Below, one piece after another: positions 25,612 to 38,400 of a stretch of DNA of 64,000 bases. The notes below the pieces were generated by a model, which was given only the letters and a program-made list of their open reading frames with translations, had not been told where the DNA came from and ran no database searches. Position 1 is the first letter of the stretch; every line of letters starts with the position of its first letter. Location: contig NC_082722.1 of the NCBI RefSeq assembly GCF_030144855.1, positions 19,096,001 through 19,160,000 on the forward strand, in the 5' to 3' direction. Made by a program: the position numbers and the translations under genes. Origin of the DNA: Hypanus sabinus (Eukaryota).

Positions 25612-28600
25612 GTGGAAAGTGGCCAGTGAGTGAGTGAGCCAGTGAAGGAGTGGAGATTTGAGGCTTTGACTCGAGAGATTCTGGCAGTTTTGGCAGTTGG
25701 ATTGTGCAATCAAGTCATTCAAGATCGGAATAGCTCAGCAGAAAGATGTTGGTTAGGCAATCAAGATTTGAATAGCTCTCACTCAGCAAAAAAGCAGCTG
25801 ATTGGGCAATCGAGGTCAGGTGACCAAGCAGTTTGAACAGCTCAAACACATAAATAGAGGGGTACCTCAAGCGGAGCCACCTGCGGAGAGCGACCAGTGA
25901 TTGAATGGGCCAGTGAAGGAGTGGAGATTTGAAGCTTGGACTTGAGAGGCTTCGACGAGAAGAGGCGGAGGACGAGTTTGTTCCCAGTTAGTCTTTACAA
26001 TGCCCCCTGAGACGGTGATCTGCCTCTCCTGTGAGATATGGCAGTCTTGGGTGAACTCCCCTCTTCCACAGTGTCGCATCTGTCAGAAGTGCATGCGGCT
26101 CCAGATCTGCAAGACCATGTGAGGAAGCTGGAGCAGCAGCTGGATGACCTTCGACTCATAAGGGAAAATGAGACAGACATAGATGAGAGCTACAGGGAGG
26201 TAGTCACACCTATGCTGCCGGAAGCAGGTCGTTGGGTGACAGTCAGAGGGGGAAAGCGAAGGTGAGTAGACAGGTCGTGCAGAGCATCAGAGGAGCCATT
26301 CCCCTGAATGATAAGTATACCGTCCTGGATACTGTTAGTGTGGACGACCGACCAGGTATGAGCCACAGTGGCAGGGCCTCTGGCACTGAGTCTGACCCTG
26401 TGGTAAAGAAGGATGGGACGGAGAAGAGGAGGACTGTCGTCATTGGAGACCCAATATTCAGGGGAGCAGACAGGAGATTATATGGACGTGAGAAGGACAC
26501 CCGCATGGTTTGCTGCCTCCCGAGTGCCAGGGTCCGGGATGTCTCTGACCGGCTGCATTACATCCTGTTACGAGAGGAAAAGCATCCAGAAGTCGTGAAA
26601 CATGTTGGTACAAACGACATAGGCAGGAAGAGGGATGTGGTCCTGATGTGCGAGTTTCGGGAACTAGGCAGAAGGCTGAAGAACAGGATCTCAAGGGAGG
26701 CGTTCTCAGGTTTGCTGCCAGTGCTACGTAATAGTGATGGTAAGAATTGGAGGAGATGGCAGTTGAATGCGTGGCTGAGGAGTTGGTGCATGTGGCAGGC
26801 ATTTAGATTTTTGGATCACTGGGATCTCTTCTGGGGAAGGTGGGACCTGGATAGATTGGATGGGTTGCACTTGAACACGGGGGTAAGCAATATCCTTGCT
26901 GGTAAGTTTGCTAGCATGGCTCAGGAGGGTTTGGACCTGGAGCAATAGAGCAGTGAAAGAAATGCATTGAGTAAATCCAGATCTAACCTATAGAGAGGCT
27001 TTCGGGAAAGAGAAGCAGAATTAAGGGTTTAAAGGTAGTAAGGTAGAAGGGCTAAAGTGTGTGTACTTCAATGCAAGAAGCATCAGGAACAAAGGTGAGG
27101 AACTGAGAGCTTGGATACATACATGGAATTATGATGTAGTGGCCATTACGGAGAGTTGGCTGGCACCAAGGCAGGAATGGATTCTCAATATTCCTGGAAT
27201 TCAGTGCTTTAAAAGGGATAGAGAGGGGGAAGGGGAGGAGGGTTGGCATTACTGGTCAGGGATACTATTACAGCTACAGAATGGGCGGGTAACGTAGCAG
27301 GATTTTCTTTTGAGTCAGTATGGGTGGGAGTCAGGAACAGGAAGGGAGCAGTTACTCTATTGGGAGTATTCTATAGGCCCCCACGTAGCAGCAGAGATAC
27401 TGAGGAGCAGATTTGGAGGCAGATTTTGCAAAGGTGCAAAAATAACATGGCTGTTATCATGGGTGATTTTAACTTCCCTAATATTGATTGGCACTGGATT
27501 AGTTCCAAGGGTTTAGATGGGGCAGGGTTTGTTAAGTGTGTCCAGGATGGATTCCTGTCACAGTTTGTTGACAGACCGACTAAGGGAAATGCCATACTAG
27601 ATCTAGTATTACACAACGAACCGGGTCAATTCACAGATCTGTCAGTGGTTGAGCATCTGGGAGACAGTGATCACATCTCCCTGGCTTTTAGCATTACCAT
27701 GGAAAAGGATAGAATCAGAACGGACAGGAAGATTTTTAACTGGGGAAGGGCAAATTATGATGCTATAAGGCTAGAACTTGCGGGTGTTAATTGGGATGAT
27801 GTTTTTGCAGGGAAATGTACTATGGACGGATGGTTGATGTTTAAGGATCTCTTGCAGGATGTTAGGGATAAATTTGTGCGGTGAGGAAGATAATGAATGG
27901 TAGGGTCAAGAAACCATGGGTGAAAAGTGAGGTGGAAAATCTAGTGAAGTGGAAGAAGTCAGCATACATGAGGTTTGGGATGAAAGGTCTATTGAGGAAT
28001 ATATGGTAGCAAGAAAAGGAGCTTAAGAAGAGGCTGAGAAGAGCAAGAAGGGGTCATGAGAAGGCTTTTGAGAGTATAGTAAAGAAAACCCCCAGGCATT
28101 CTTTAATTATGTGAAGAACAAAAGGATGGCAGGAGTGAACGCAGGACAGATTAGAGATAAAAGTGGGAAGATTTGCCTGGAGGCTGTGGAAGAGAGCGAG
28201 GTCCTCAATGAATACTTCTTTTCGGTATTCACCACTGAGAGGGAACTTGATGACGGAGAGGACAAAATGAGTGAGGTTGATGTTCTGGAGCATGTTGATA
28301 TTAAGGGAGAGGAGGTGTTGGAGTTGTTAAAATACATTAAGACAGCTAAGTCCCCGGGGCCTCATGGAATATTCCCCAGGCTGCTCCACAAGGAGAGGGA
28401 AGAGATTGCTGAGCCTCTGGATAGGATCTTTATGTCCTCGTTGATCACCGGAATGGTAGGAACCGGAGGATTGGAAGGAGGCGAATGTTGTCTCCTTGTT
28501 CAAAAAAGGTAGTAGGGATAGTCCGAGTAATTATAGACCAGTGGGGCTTACGTCTGAGGTGGGAAAGCTTTTGGAAAAGATTCTTAGAGATAGGATCTGT

Positions 28601-31336
28601 GGGCATTTAGAAAACCATGGTCTGATCAGGGACTGTCAGCATGGCTTTGTGAAGGGCTGATCGTGTCTAACAAGCCTGATAGAGTTCTTTGAGGAGGTGA
28701 CCAGGCATATAGATGAGGACAGTGCAGTGGATGTGATCTACATGGATTTTAGTAAGGCATTGGACAAGGTTCCACACGGTAGGCTTATTCAGAAAGGCAG
28801 AAGGCATGGGATCCAGGGGGATTTGGCCAGGTGGATTCAGAATTGGCTTGCCTGCGGAAGGCAGAGGGTTGTGGTGGAGGGATTACATTCAGATTGGAGG
28901 GTTGTGGCTTGTGGTGTCCCACAAGGATCTGTTCTGGGACCTCTACTTTTCGTGATGTTTATTAACGACCTGGATGTGGGGGGTCGAAGGGTGGTTTGGC
29001 AAGTTTGCAGAGGACACAAAGGTTGGTGGTGTTGTAGATAGTGTAGAGGATTGTGGAAAATTGCAGAGAGACATTGATAGGATGCAGAATTGGGCTGAGA
29101 AGTGGCAGATGGAGTTCAACCCGGAGAAGTGTGAGGTGGTACACTTTGGAAGGACAAACTCCAAGGCACAGTACAAAGAAAGTGGCAGGGTACTTGGTAG
29201 TGTGGAGGAGTAGAGGGATCTGGGGTACATGTCCGCAGATCCCTGAAAGTTGCCTCACAGGTAGATAGGGTATTTAAGAAAATTTATGGGGTGTTAGCTT
29301 TCATAAGTCGAAGGATAGAGCTTAAGAGACGCGATGCAATGATGTAGCTCTATAAAAATTTAGTTCGGCCACACTTGGAGTACTCTGTACAGTTCTGGTC
29401 GCATCACTATAGGAAGGATGTGGAAGTATTGGAAGTGGTACAGAGGTGATTTACCAGGATGCTGCCTGATTTAGAGAATATGGATTATGATCAGAGATTA
29501 AGGGAGCTTGGGCTTTACCCTTTGGAGAGAAGGAGGATGAGAGGAGACATGATAGAGGTGTACAAGATATTAAGAAGAATAGACAGAGTGGACAGTTAGC
29601 GCCTCTTCCCCAGGGTACCACTGCTCAGTACAAGGGGACATGGCTTTACGGTAAGGGGAGGTAAGTTCAAGGGGGATAGTAAAGCAAGGTTTTTCACTCA
29701 GAGCTTGGTTGGTACGTGGAATGCACTGCCTGAGTCGGTGGTGGAGGCAGATGCACTAGTGAAGTTTAAGAGACTACTAGACAGGTATATGTGGTAATTT
29801 AAGGTGGGGGGCTATATGGGAGGCAGGGTTTGAGGGTCCGCACAAAATTGTGGGCCAATGGGCGTGAAATGTGATGTGCTATTCTTTTTTTATTTCTCAC
29901 TATTTATTCTACATGCTCACAAAACAGGAGTAGCTCAAAAAGAATAACAAGTCCAATAATCAACACAATTAGTAGAACAGCATGAAAAAAAGCATTGTTC
30001 CTCAAACGTAGAAACCTCCGAGTCTGGATTATTTCTTCAAAGGCAAAATGAAACTGATGGAAAATGAAAGGTAAGGTTACAATCATCTCAAGCTGAACAG
30101 AAGTCAGGACTTAGTAGTGGTGTTTCTCTTTCTTCAGGAACACCTCTTTTTTGTGTATTTGAAGACAACCGTCGTTTTAAGATAGCAGATGCCAATTCGA
30201 CAATTGTGGTTAGAGCCAAGCCACTCAGAATACATTTGTTATTTGCCTTTAATTCTTTTAATGCTTCAATGATATCATTCCTGTTTGCTTCAGGGTGCGA
30301 TTCCAAGAGAATCTTCATTAGTTTGTTGAAACTACTCAAATTAGCAGAATTTGAGGGAATGAATGTTCCTATTGTTGTAGGGGTGTCTTGTAGACACCGC
30401 ATCTGTTTATACGTCCGTCTGCTCATCTTATGTGAAGCTGCATAATGAATCTTTATTAATTCAGAATAACAGTCCCATTGACTGTCTGCTTTGAATTTAT
30501 TATTCCTTGTAGCATGGTCAAGCATCAGGTGGTGTTCCTTCAGTAGGGGCTGTGTGTGATTTTTAAGTACAGATAACATGTGGTTTCCTGAGATTTTTAC
30601 CATATGGACTTTAATGTGCACTCTATGATATTCCCTTCCTTTCATTTCATCCACTGCTAACTTGGCAAATTCTGGAGAGTCAATTTTCAGAACTGCACAC
30701 CTGTAATTATTGCTGGAGAATTCACAATGTGGATATTGAACAGAGCATTTTTGGAGATTTGGGTTTCCCAGAATTTGAGGTAGACACTGGCAATGCAACT
30801 GCGTGATCCTCTGCTTTAGAAGAGCTTAAAGATAACTATGAGAGCATAAGGAAGAAAGTGCTAGAAGGCAAATCTTTGGACAGTCTCTCTTTGCTATCTG
30901 TTGAGTTAAGGAGTCTTCCATATGCTACATTTGTTCCGGCAATGTTGGGAGAGAAATCATCCTCTTCTCAGGATCAAAGCTGTTTGAATTATAGAAATGA
31001 AGTGGCTTTGTCTGAAGAACTACCTTGTGAAGACCTAACTAGAAAAAATTGTGGAGATGATAAAAAGCCTGGAGAGCAACCCGACGAACTACGTTGTGAT
31101 CGTAATCAACATAAGTCAGATAAAGCCGACAGTGTTTGTGAAGAGACAGTAAATCAAGCCAAGGACCTTGAAGTAATTAGTGACTGGTTTTATGCAGAAG
31201 AGAATTTTGTTTCCCCTGGTGACTCTGAACCAACAGACGGGAAGGTGAATGATCAAGGTGGAGCTGTAGCATCAATGGGTGAACCAAGAAGCAATGAATG
31301 TGTTGAAGTGCTGTACTATTCTATGTGTACTATTCT
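25612..31336 (+). mobile_element. Full-length CR1 LINE (5' UTR, ORF1 with Cys motif and SGNH esterase, ORF2 APE and RT), decayed; its tail is interrupted by the RBM44 retrocopy
   Basis: ORF1 CLSC..CQKC, VVIGD, HVGTNDIG, DGLHLN; ORF2 [51 protein letters not shown]. The sequence aagac is present at both junctions (25607-25611 and 31337-31341). Confidence 0.93.
29886..31307 (-). pseudogene. RBM44: RBM44-like processed pseudogene with 5' inversion
   Basis: Minus segment 29886-30800 encodes an RRM half (NYRCAVL..AKLAVDEMKG..IKVHMVK) and the C-terminal helical region (TFIPSN..SFNKLMKILLESHPEANRNDIIEALKEL..LSGLALTTIVELASAIL), then stop 30088, AATAAA (29908-29903) and an A7 tail. Plus segment 30801-31307 encodes the upstream region (ALEELKDNYESIRKKVLEGKSL..LSVE..DWFYAEE). 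Flanked by a 15-bp TSD with 13/15 identity. Identity rests on recalled similarity to vertebrate RBM44. Confidence 0.85.
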
Positions 31337-31993
31337 AAGACCATATCGATCGGTGCCTTATGGTTTGGGAGGAGACATGCACGGCACTACTCAGATCAAC
31401 AAAACTCTATAAGAACGCGGCTGACCGACACCGGACTCCAGTACCTGAGTTCCAACCAGGGCAGATAGTGTGGCTTGCATCCAATGACATCCCGCTCAAG
31501 AGCGATTATAGGAAACTCGCCTCTCGGTTCCTGGGACCATTCAAGGTCGAAAGTGTTATCAATCCTGACTGATTCAGGCGGTGCGCCTGAAGCTGCCAAC
31601 ATCAATACGCATCCACCCGACTTTTCAATTTTCCCAGTAAAAGCCAGTTTCCGTCAGCCTCTTGTGCCTCCCGGTTGAGACTCCCCACCTGAGCGTATCA
31701 TCGACAACCATCTGGCATGCACCGTTCGAAGACTACTCGATGTGCGCAGTAGGGGCAGGGCTTTCCATTTCCTGGTAGTTTAGGAAGAGTGTGGTCCAGA
31801 AGAGAGTTCCTGGGCCGCCGGTCCTTCATCCCAGACCCTTCCCTCATCCAGGATTTTTATCCAGTCCATCTAACCAGGCCTGGAGGATCGCCGGGAGGCG
31901 CCCGTTGAGGAGGGCTACTGTCATGGTCCCCTCCGGCTATTTACCTCAGGAATTGGGCCTCAGTCCCCACGTTTAGTTACCAATTATTCCCGG

Positions 31994-32810
31994 TGTTACG
32001 CCTGTGCCCAACTCTGAGGAGCCGAAGGGTCCAAAGTAGCTCCCTCCTTTTTGAGAATCGCAAGATCGCTATTAATTCAGGTCAGGAGATCCAGGGAATG
32101 AGAGAGAGACGTTTGTAATGTCCTGGCCCTCAGCGATACAAAGCCACGGAAAACGGCCATGGTCTCTTGGAGACGGAATTGTGTATTGAGTATTGTACTT
32201 CATGGAAGCCCTCAGGGAATGATCAGAGGGGGTTGGTTGAGGAATTGCATCATCCCGACCTGATTGACATCTGAGACCCTGTGAGTCAGGATAAAAGACG
32301 GTCTGGGGAACAGCCGTCTAGACGCTCCAGAAGAAACGCTAGAAATCCCGTAATAGCGTAATAGCGACAGCCGGTGGAAAGCCCACGTGCGTCTTATTCC
32401 ATTTGCCTCGGAATTGGTGGGCCTTACCTCGGAAGAACGGCTTGAGCTAAAATAAAGGAGAAATCAGCCCCAACGCTTCTCGAAGGATTGACATCATAAA
32501 AGGAATGGGCAAGTTTTAAACTCTCTCTCTTGACTCCAACCAAAGGCTGCAGCCTACATGAACTTGAGTGACTTTTATATTTCCATCGGACAATACATTA
32601 TCCCCTAGACAACAACAGAGCTATTTCTTAGTGATTATTATTATACCCCCGCTTTTAGACTTAGTAGTGACGACGTATATTATCTGTATGTTTGCATTGA
32701 TATTAATTTTGTGTATTTTTATCAATAAATACTGTTAAAATAGTACCATCAGACTTCAACGGACCTCTCTATCTTTGCTGGTAAGTGACCTAGTTACGGG
32801 GTACGTAACA
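31994..32810 (+). mobile_element. Solo LTR (817 bp) of a second LTR family inserted in the chromovirus 3' LTR
   Basis: Perfect 7-bp TIR tgttacg/cgtaaca, 4-bp TSD ccgg (31990-31993 and 32811-32814), and an internal aataaa. Removing it restores a sequence colinear with the 5' LTR. Confidence 0.9.
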
Positions 32811-34199
32811 CCGGGTGCCACTAACTACACACACCTGCTTTCCATCAGCAAATTCAGGATACAAACCCTGTGATCACAGCAAGGAGCTGCCAGTTCGTTG
32901 GTCGACTCCGGTGTGAGTAACCTTGTTTCATAGTTTTCAGAACTGCCAGTTCTAAATCTAGCATCGCTCCTGGATACCGATTCCACGCTCGCTACGTCAA
33001 GACCGCCTCCTGACTCTGCCTCTGCGCCTGTGTTCTGCACTTGGGTTTGTCTGCCGTCTCGCTCGTGTAACAATACTTTTCCTCCAACTCGAATGTACAT
33101 ATGTTGTTTTCCTTGTAATCTGTACAGTTAAAGTTCCAGATGTATCTTTGAAATCTCCCTCTTATTGGAAGGTAAAGTCTCTTCTCATTTGAGCCACCTC
33201 CAGCATCTCACTGCAGCAGGCACATTGAGCAGCTCCAAAAGTCAAAGCCAAAACTGCATGTTATTCTATTGGCGGCATTGTTCTAATAGTTAGACATATA
33301 CTCATTGACTATCTTATAATGTACACCAGTATAACTGCTCGTTAATGCAGATATCCAGTCGGACACATACGAGGCAGCAAAGCAATGCGTAAAAGCATGC
33401 AGGCATGGCCGAAAAGAACAGTTGTTATTCGGACCAAACGGCAGAATTGGGAAGAAATGCGATCTTAATGATTTTGGCAGAGGAATTAATGTGGTGCCAG
33501 AGGAGATAATTTGATATCTCGGAAACTGTTGATCGGCTGAAATCTTCATGTACAACAGTCTCTAAAGATTAAAGAGAATGGTGCGAAAAAAAAACACGAA
33601 AAAGCATCAAGTGAGTGACACCCTGTGAGCAAAAACTCATTGTTAATGAGAGAGATCTGGAGTCTGACTCGACTGGTTCAATCTGACAGGAAGGTGACAG
33701 TTAACACGTATTACAACAATGGTGCGCAGAAGAGTATCTCTGAAAGATCACAAATATACACAAATACACTCAGTGACACTTTATTGGATACATCATGTAC
33801 AATAAATTTGTCAATGCGATTATCGTGTCTCCGGATGTGAATTCATTTTCGCTACTGACAGCAGTTATCTAAATTTTAGGCAGACTTCACCGGAGGAACG
33901 CATTTCCTACGCATGCTACTGAGTTAGTCATTGTTCAGCTGGTACCTAACAATGATGGGTATGAATAACAACTTCACTTTCCATTCCGAGATTAGGAATC
34001 GTGGTCCTTGAATTTATTTTCAGAACACGTGGACAATTTATTATTAATTATGGAACCAGGAATGCCACTGAATTTTCCCGTTCCATTATAGCATGTGTCA
34101 ATTATTCAAGGACAGTGCATGTTTCTCACATTTTGGTTGTCTCGATTTTGTTCTTTAGTTTGTGCTACCGTAGTGCAGTTCGTAGCAAAACTGTACTAA

Positions 34200-35150
34200 C
34201 GGCGACTCCATTATTTGCACCTTCGGAAGCAGCGCTGTTTCTATCCTTTTTACCCTTTATCAGGGGACACTGACCTGGAGTTACACGTGGACTTCGGTTT
34301 TCTGCGGAAATGGGACTCGCTCTCAGGGCCTCACAAGCGGCCGCTTTTAGATATGCCAAGGACGCGGTCCGGAAGAGTAGCATGCCGTCAAGGTACCGGA
34401 TTTTCGTGGATTTGGAGACGAGCTAATGCAAAGCCGGGCCGCTGCCTGAAGGGGATACAAGGAAGATTGAAAGCAGCGAGCAGGCTGCTGGCTGTGTGCC
34501 CAGAGATCCGTGTTCTTTGGGCAGAGAGCTGGGAAAAAGTAAGGCAACAGACTTTGAAAACAAAGAATCAGCAAATTGTCTTGTTATGTCTCCCCTTTCG
34601 CTGCGAAACGTGGACATCAATNNNNNNNNNNNNNNNNNNNNNNNNNNNNNNNNNNNNNNNNNNNNNNNNNNNNNNNNNNNNNNNNNNNNNNNNNNNNNNN
34701 NNNNNNNNNNNNNNNNNNNNNNNNNNNNNNNNNNNNNNNNNNNNNNNNNNNNNNNNNNNNNNNNNNNNNNNNNNNNNNNNNNNNNNNNNNNNNNNNNNNN
34801 NNNNNNNNNNNNNNNNNNNNNNNNNNNNNNNNNNNAAAACCGGCCGAACGAGTGGTCTTTGGGAAACTACACGTCTGTCTTTATTGATGCTTTGCTGCAC
34901 GCTTGCATGTTCGACTGGGGATGCAGATGATTCTTTTTTGCTGTTGTGTGGAGGGTGGTCGTTCCTTTTCTACTGCTATGCGTGGGAGGGGTAAGCTGGG
35001 CGAGGGGGGCGGTTTGGGTTTCTAACTTTTAACTGTCATTCATTCTTTGGGGCACTGCACTGTATTCGTGAATATTTGTGTAGGAAAAGAATTTCAAGAT
35101 GTATATTGCATATATTTCCCTGATCTTAAATATCAACTTAAAACCTATTG
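34200..35150 (+). mobile_element. Probable non-autonomous retroelement spanning the gap
   Basis: GC-rich head and an L2/Rex-type 3' tail (aagaatttcaagatgtatattgcatatatttccctgatcttaaa). Confidence 0.35.
34622..34836. other. Assembly gap (215 N)
   Basis: Run of n characters. Confidence 1.
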
Positions 35151-38100
35151 GAATAAAATGAAGGTTTAGATACATCTGGAAAAGTATTTTTCAAATATAG
35201 CTCCTTAACTAAGTGGTTACTTTAAAATTTGAATTAATTGCTGTTTTTTATCATCATTATCAGAGAAGTTAAGTGAAGAAAACGTCGCGATATTTAGACA
35301 ACATGAAACAACAATAACGATCAGATTTGAAATGATGTAAATGAAAGAAACAGAATTTCGATTTTCTTCATGAGTAAGCTGGCAGTTTTGTTCGCAATTT
35401 CAACACTAAAAGCAGTCGATTATTCGTTGGGTAGAGGCATTTTTGCCAAACGGTCGGCTGAAGGAAGGTGTAAAGGTCACTGCAAAACTCACCATTGTCT
35501 CTCCCAAACCCCACTGCGCTTAAATCAAACCAACAACATATTGGACCTATATTTAGTCATAGCTCTCGTTGCGGAAGTTTGCTTCGATTGTCAGCTTCTC
35601 GTCTTCTTTAAAACATGTCCATCTGCGTACGTTGCACGTTGCTGTTTTTGAATAAACGAAAATGTATCTTTGATACTGAGAAGGTGGAGAGCGGGTTGTA
35701 GATTAGGTTGTGTGAATAATTGTAAGTAAAATCTGGGAAATAAATTTCGATCAAAAAGCTGCCACCCCATACATTGAAGACTGAAAGGTGGACCTTCTTA
35801 CCTGGGTCTCAGTGTCGTCCTGACTTGCAGTAACTTCGGTCATTCTGGGAATAACCTGAAGGTGAGGTACTCTTGCAACTTTGGAGGCATTATCTGCCTA
35901 TAAAATTATTTGTGACGCTATTTATGGATTGAGTAGATTTAGATTTTCCCATTTTCTTTCATTTTGAATTTAAAACTTAGTTTCAGTGCAATCATCAACC
36001 ATTGTCAAACAAAGACTCTGAAAGTAAAACAAAGATAATGTTGACTGTGCAGAAAGGTAAAATGGGTGAACGGCTGAAACCTGTTTTTTTCTAATGTGTA
36101 GATTCGCAAGCGTTATAGTTAGTGAAATTTCGTAAAAAGCATAGGATTTACGTTTCTTTTCACAATGTGAGGTATTTTTAAATCAAACATACCTAGCAGT
36201 AAACGAACATCTGCAGAAAATCCCACAATAATATGCACGCTCCACATTCTTGCTCAGTCACTTCAAACTGAGTCATTTGCATTTCCGCCAAACGTTGAAA
36301 GCAGATTCCAGAGGAAAATTAAAATGTTCATTGCAAATATTTCGCAAATAATATATAATGCAGCCAGAATGGCTTCTTTCTGTTCAGCTAAGTTCTAAGA
36401 TTCTTTAGAATTAACATGTTATTTGCTTCGCTTATTGCAGTACTTCTGCTTCTAATTCAACAATTTTAGAAACTAAAGAAACCGTTTCATCTCAACAAAT
36501 TGGTTTGATTCTCACGTCCTCTCAAAGAATTACGCTTACACTTGAAGGAAAGGGGGTAGCGGGAGAATCCATGAGCCTACCGATGAATATTGAGTCATGA
36601 CGAAAATCGATTTTTTTTACCCAAAGTAAGATCGCCTGAAGTGCATTATGAACGTGTACAGCAGTACCTATTATTCTGTTATTGTGTTTTATGTATTACA
36701 TCCACCTTCGTCTTTTGTGAATTATATTCCCTGTCACCTAAAGTGTGCATTTTACGGTCTGAGTTACATTGTGCTTTCAGCTACGTCGGAGGTACTAGTT
36801 CCAAAATCTACCTCAATCTGTTTACTTACTTTGTGCATACAGTCGATTGTGAAGATAACCATATGACTCACTACCATGATTCGACCTTCAACGTAGTATC
36901 ACTGAAAGGATTTCTTCATACCTGAGTAGGTATTGTGTGAATAGCCATATAGGGTACCATATAGTGAGAGTGAGAATCAATTTGGAATATAATTACTTCG
37001 CTTCTGTTCGTCATAATGAGGCAATAATACCTACCGAGCATTTAGTCGGAGGAAATTATTTCCTTCACATTGATCATTGGACAGCGATAATTAAAAATGT
37101 TCTTTTCCTAATTTCAATTCAAATTCACAATATTATAAAAGACGTGAATTTTATTTATACAGTCCCTAGTCATGATGTGGAACACAACATATTTCTACGT
37201 TTGTTGTTAATATTGGGTTAGGTGCCAGATAATCCGATCGAGGGAGAAGCTTTGAAGTTGAATTATGTATTATTTAAATCAAAGTTAATTCTGTGACTTA
37301 TTTATTTTGTAAGATAAAACACACGGGAACATCTGGCTTCGAATCAATAAATGCATTTCAGATATAAACAACTTTTAGTTAAACGTTTCTGCAGAATTCC
37401 ATTACTCAACTTGCATGCTTAACATTATTGTTTGAAGTAAACCCAATACAATCCGGTTCTACAACTCACTCATATCATTTAATCGCTAAAGGAACATCAG
37501 CCTGATATTTGAAGAAACCTAAACAGTGCAATGTTTTCTTGAACCTAAATTTTCTCTTTTGTCTCCACCTTCATTTTTGCATTGTTCTAATCACTTTATT
37601 TTTCATTTTTCTCTCTCTGTTTTTCAAATATTTCCAGATAATTTCTGTTCTGCTTGTTTCTCTCCTGTTCCCTTGTGAACTCTGGAGAACCGCCTGAATA
37701 CTGCGAGTATCCAAGGTGATATTCCCTGTTGGCAATTTATTTCTTCCTCATATCTCCAAAGAAGCAATGCCTCTGAATAAAAAATACAGGCATTTGATAC
37801 AGCATGCATTATCTTTCAGCCTCTCTATTAGAGAACTGGAAATCATTTTTCTTCAGCAGTGATCAGAAAACTATTTAGTTGCCTTTTTTGATATTTGCTA
37901 AAAGACGAAGAATTTGGAACGATAGCTCTGTGGAAATGCTCAGTATTTGAAGGAAGATAGAAAATAAGTAACCACCCTCGTGAGCTTATGTAATGAAAAA
38001 GCGATTGTTTTTATTTGTGAAGCAAAGTATTTTGATTATTAACCCTACTTTAAAAGCTTACATACAGGCTGATATGACAAAAAATGTGACGAATTTGCTG

Positions 38101-38269
38101 ACCTTTTAAAATCTGTTAAAAATCTGCAGTTGTGAAATAATAAGCATAACATTTGAAGATGTTGTGGAAGATAATTTGACAACTAAAACTAAAGGGCGTT
38201 GGCTGAACACAAAACATTAAGTAAATGGCGGGACAGTACTTTCTAAAAACGATCCATTTGGCAATAAAA

Positions 38270-38400
38270 TGGAGACAAGAGACTTCCGACGCTGGAACAT
38301 GGAGAAACACAATAAGCCCTGGCGCAACTCAGCAAGTCAGGCAGCATCATGGGAGGGAAATAGACAGTCGACGGATGGGGCCGAGGCTCTTCATCTGCAC
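38270..38400 (-). mobile_element. Penelope-like terminus fragment
   Basis: Reverse complement gives gatgaagagcctcggcccc..gtcgactgtctatttccctcccatgatgctgcctgacttgctgag. Confidence 0.6.

Larger units (their letters stand above)
21481..33072 (+). mobile_element. Gypsy LTR retrotransposon, sushi/chromovirus type, decayed and interrupted by nested insertions
   Basis: 5' LTR 21481-21826 (TG..CA). Internal order: gag with CFYC knuckle, protease VDSGA (about 22985), RT ([21 protein letters not shown]), RNase H ([16 protein letters not shown]), integrase ([15 protein letters not shown]) broken at 25611 and resumed at 31342, chromodomain remnant at about 31720-31850, PPT at about 31905, and 3' LTR 31919-33072 split by a solo LTR. 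Confidence 0.95.

Noticed and set aside
26232-29268. Multiple 60-238 aa ORFs with esterase, endonuclease and RT motifs
   Set aside because: They are fragments of a frameshifted CR1 LINE, not host genes. The same applies to the ORFs at 42.5-45.5 kb and 55.6-60.5 kb.
30858-31412. 184-aa plus-strand ORF that could be called an intact gene
   Set aside because: It is chimeric: the inverted RBM44 fragment reads through the TSD and CR1 tail into Gypsy sequence.
34215-34994. Long ORFs of 103-259 aa around 34.2-35.0 kb
   Set aside because: They are artefacts of translating through the 215-N gap.
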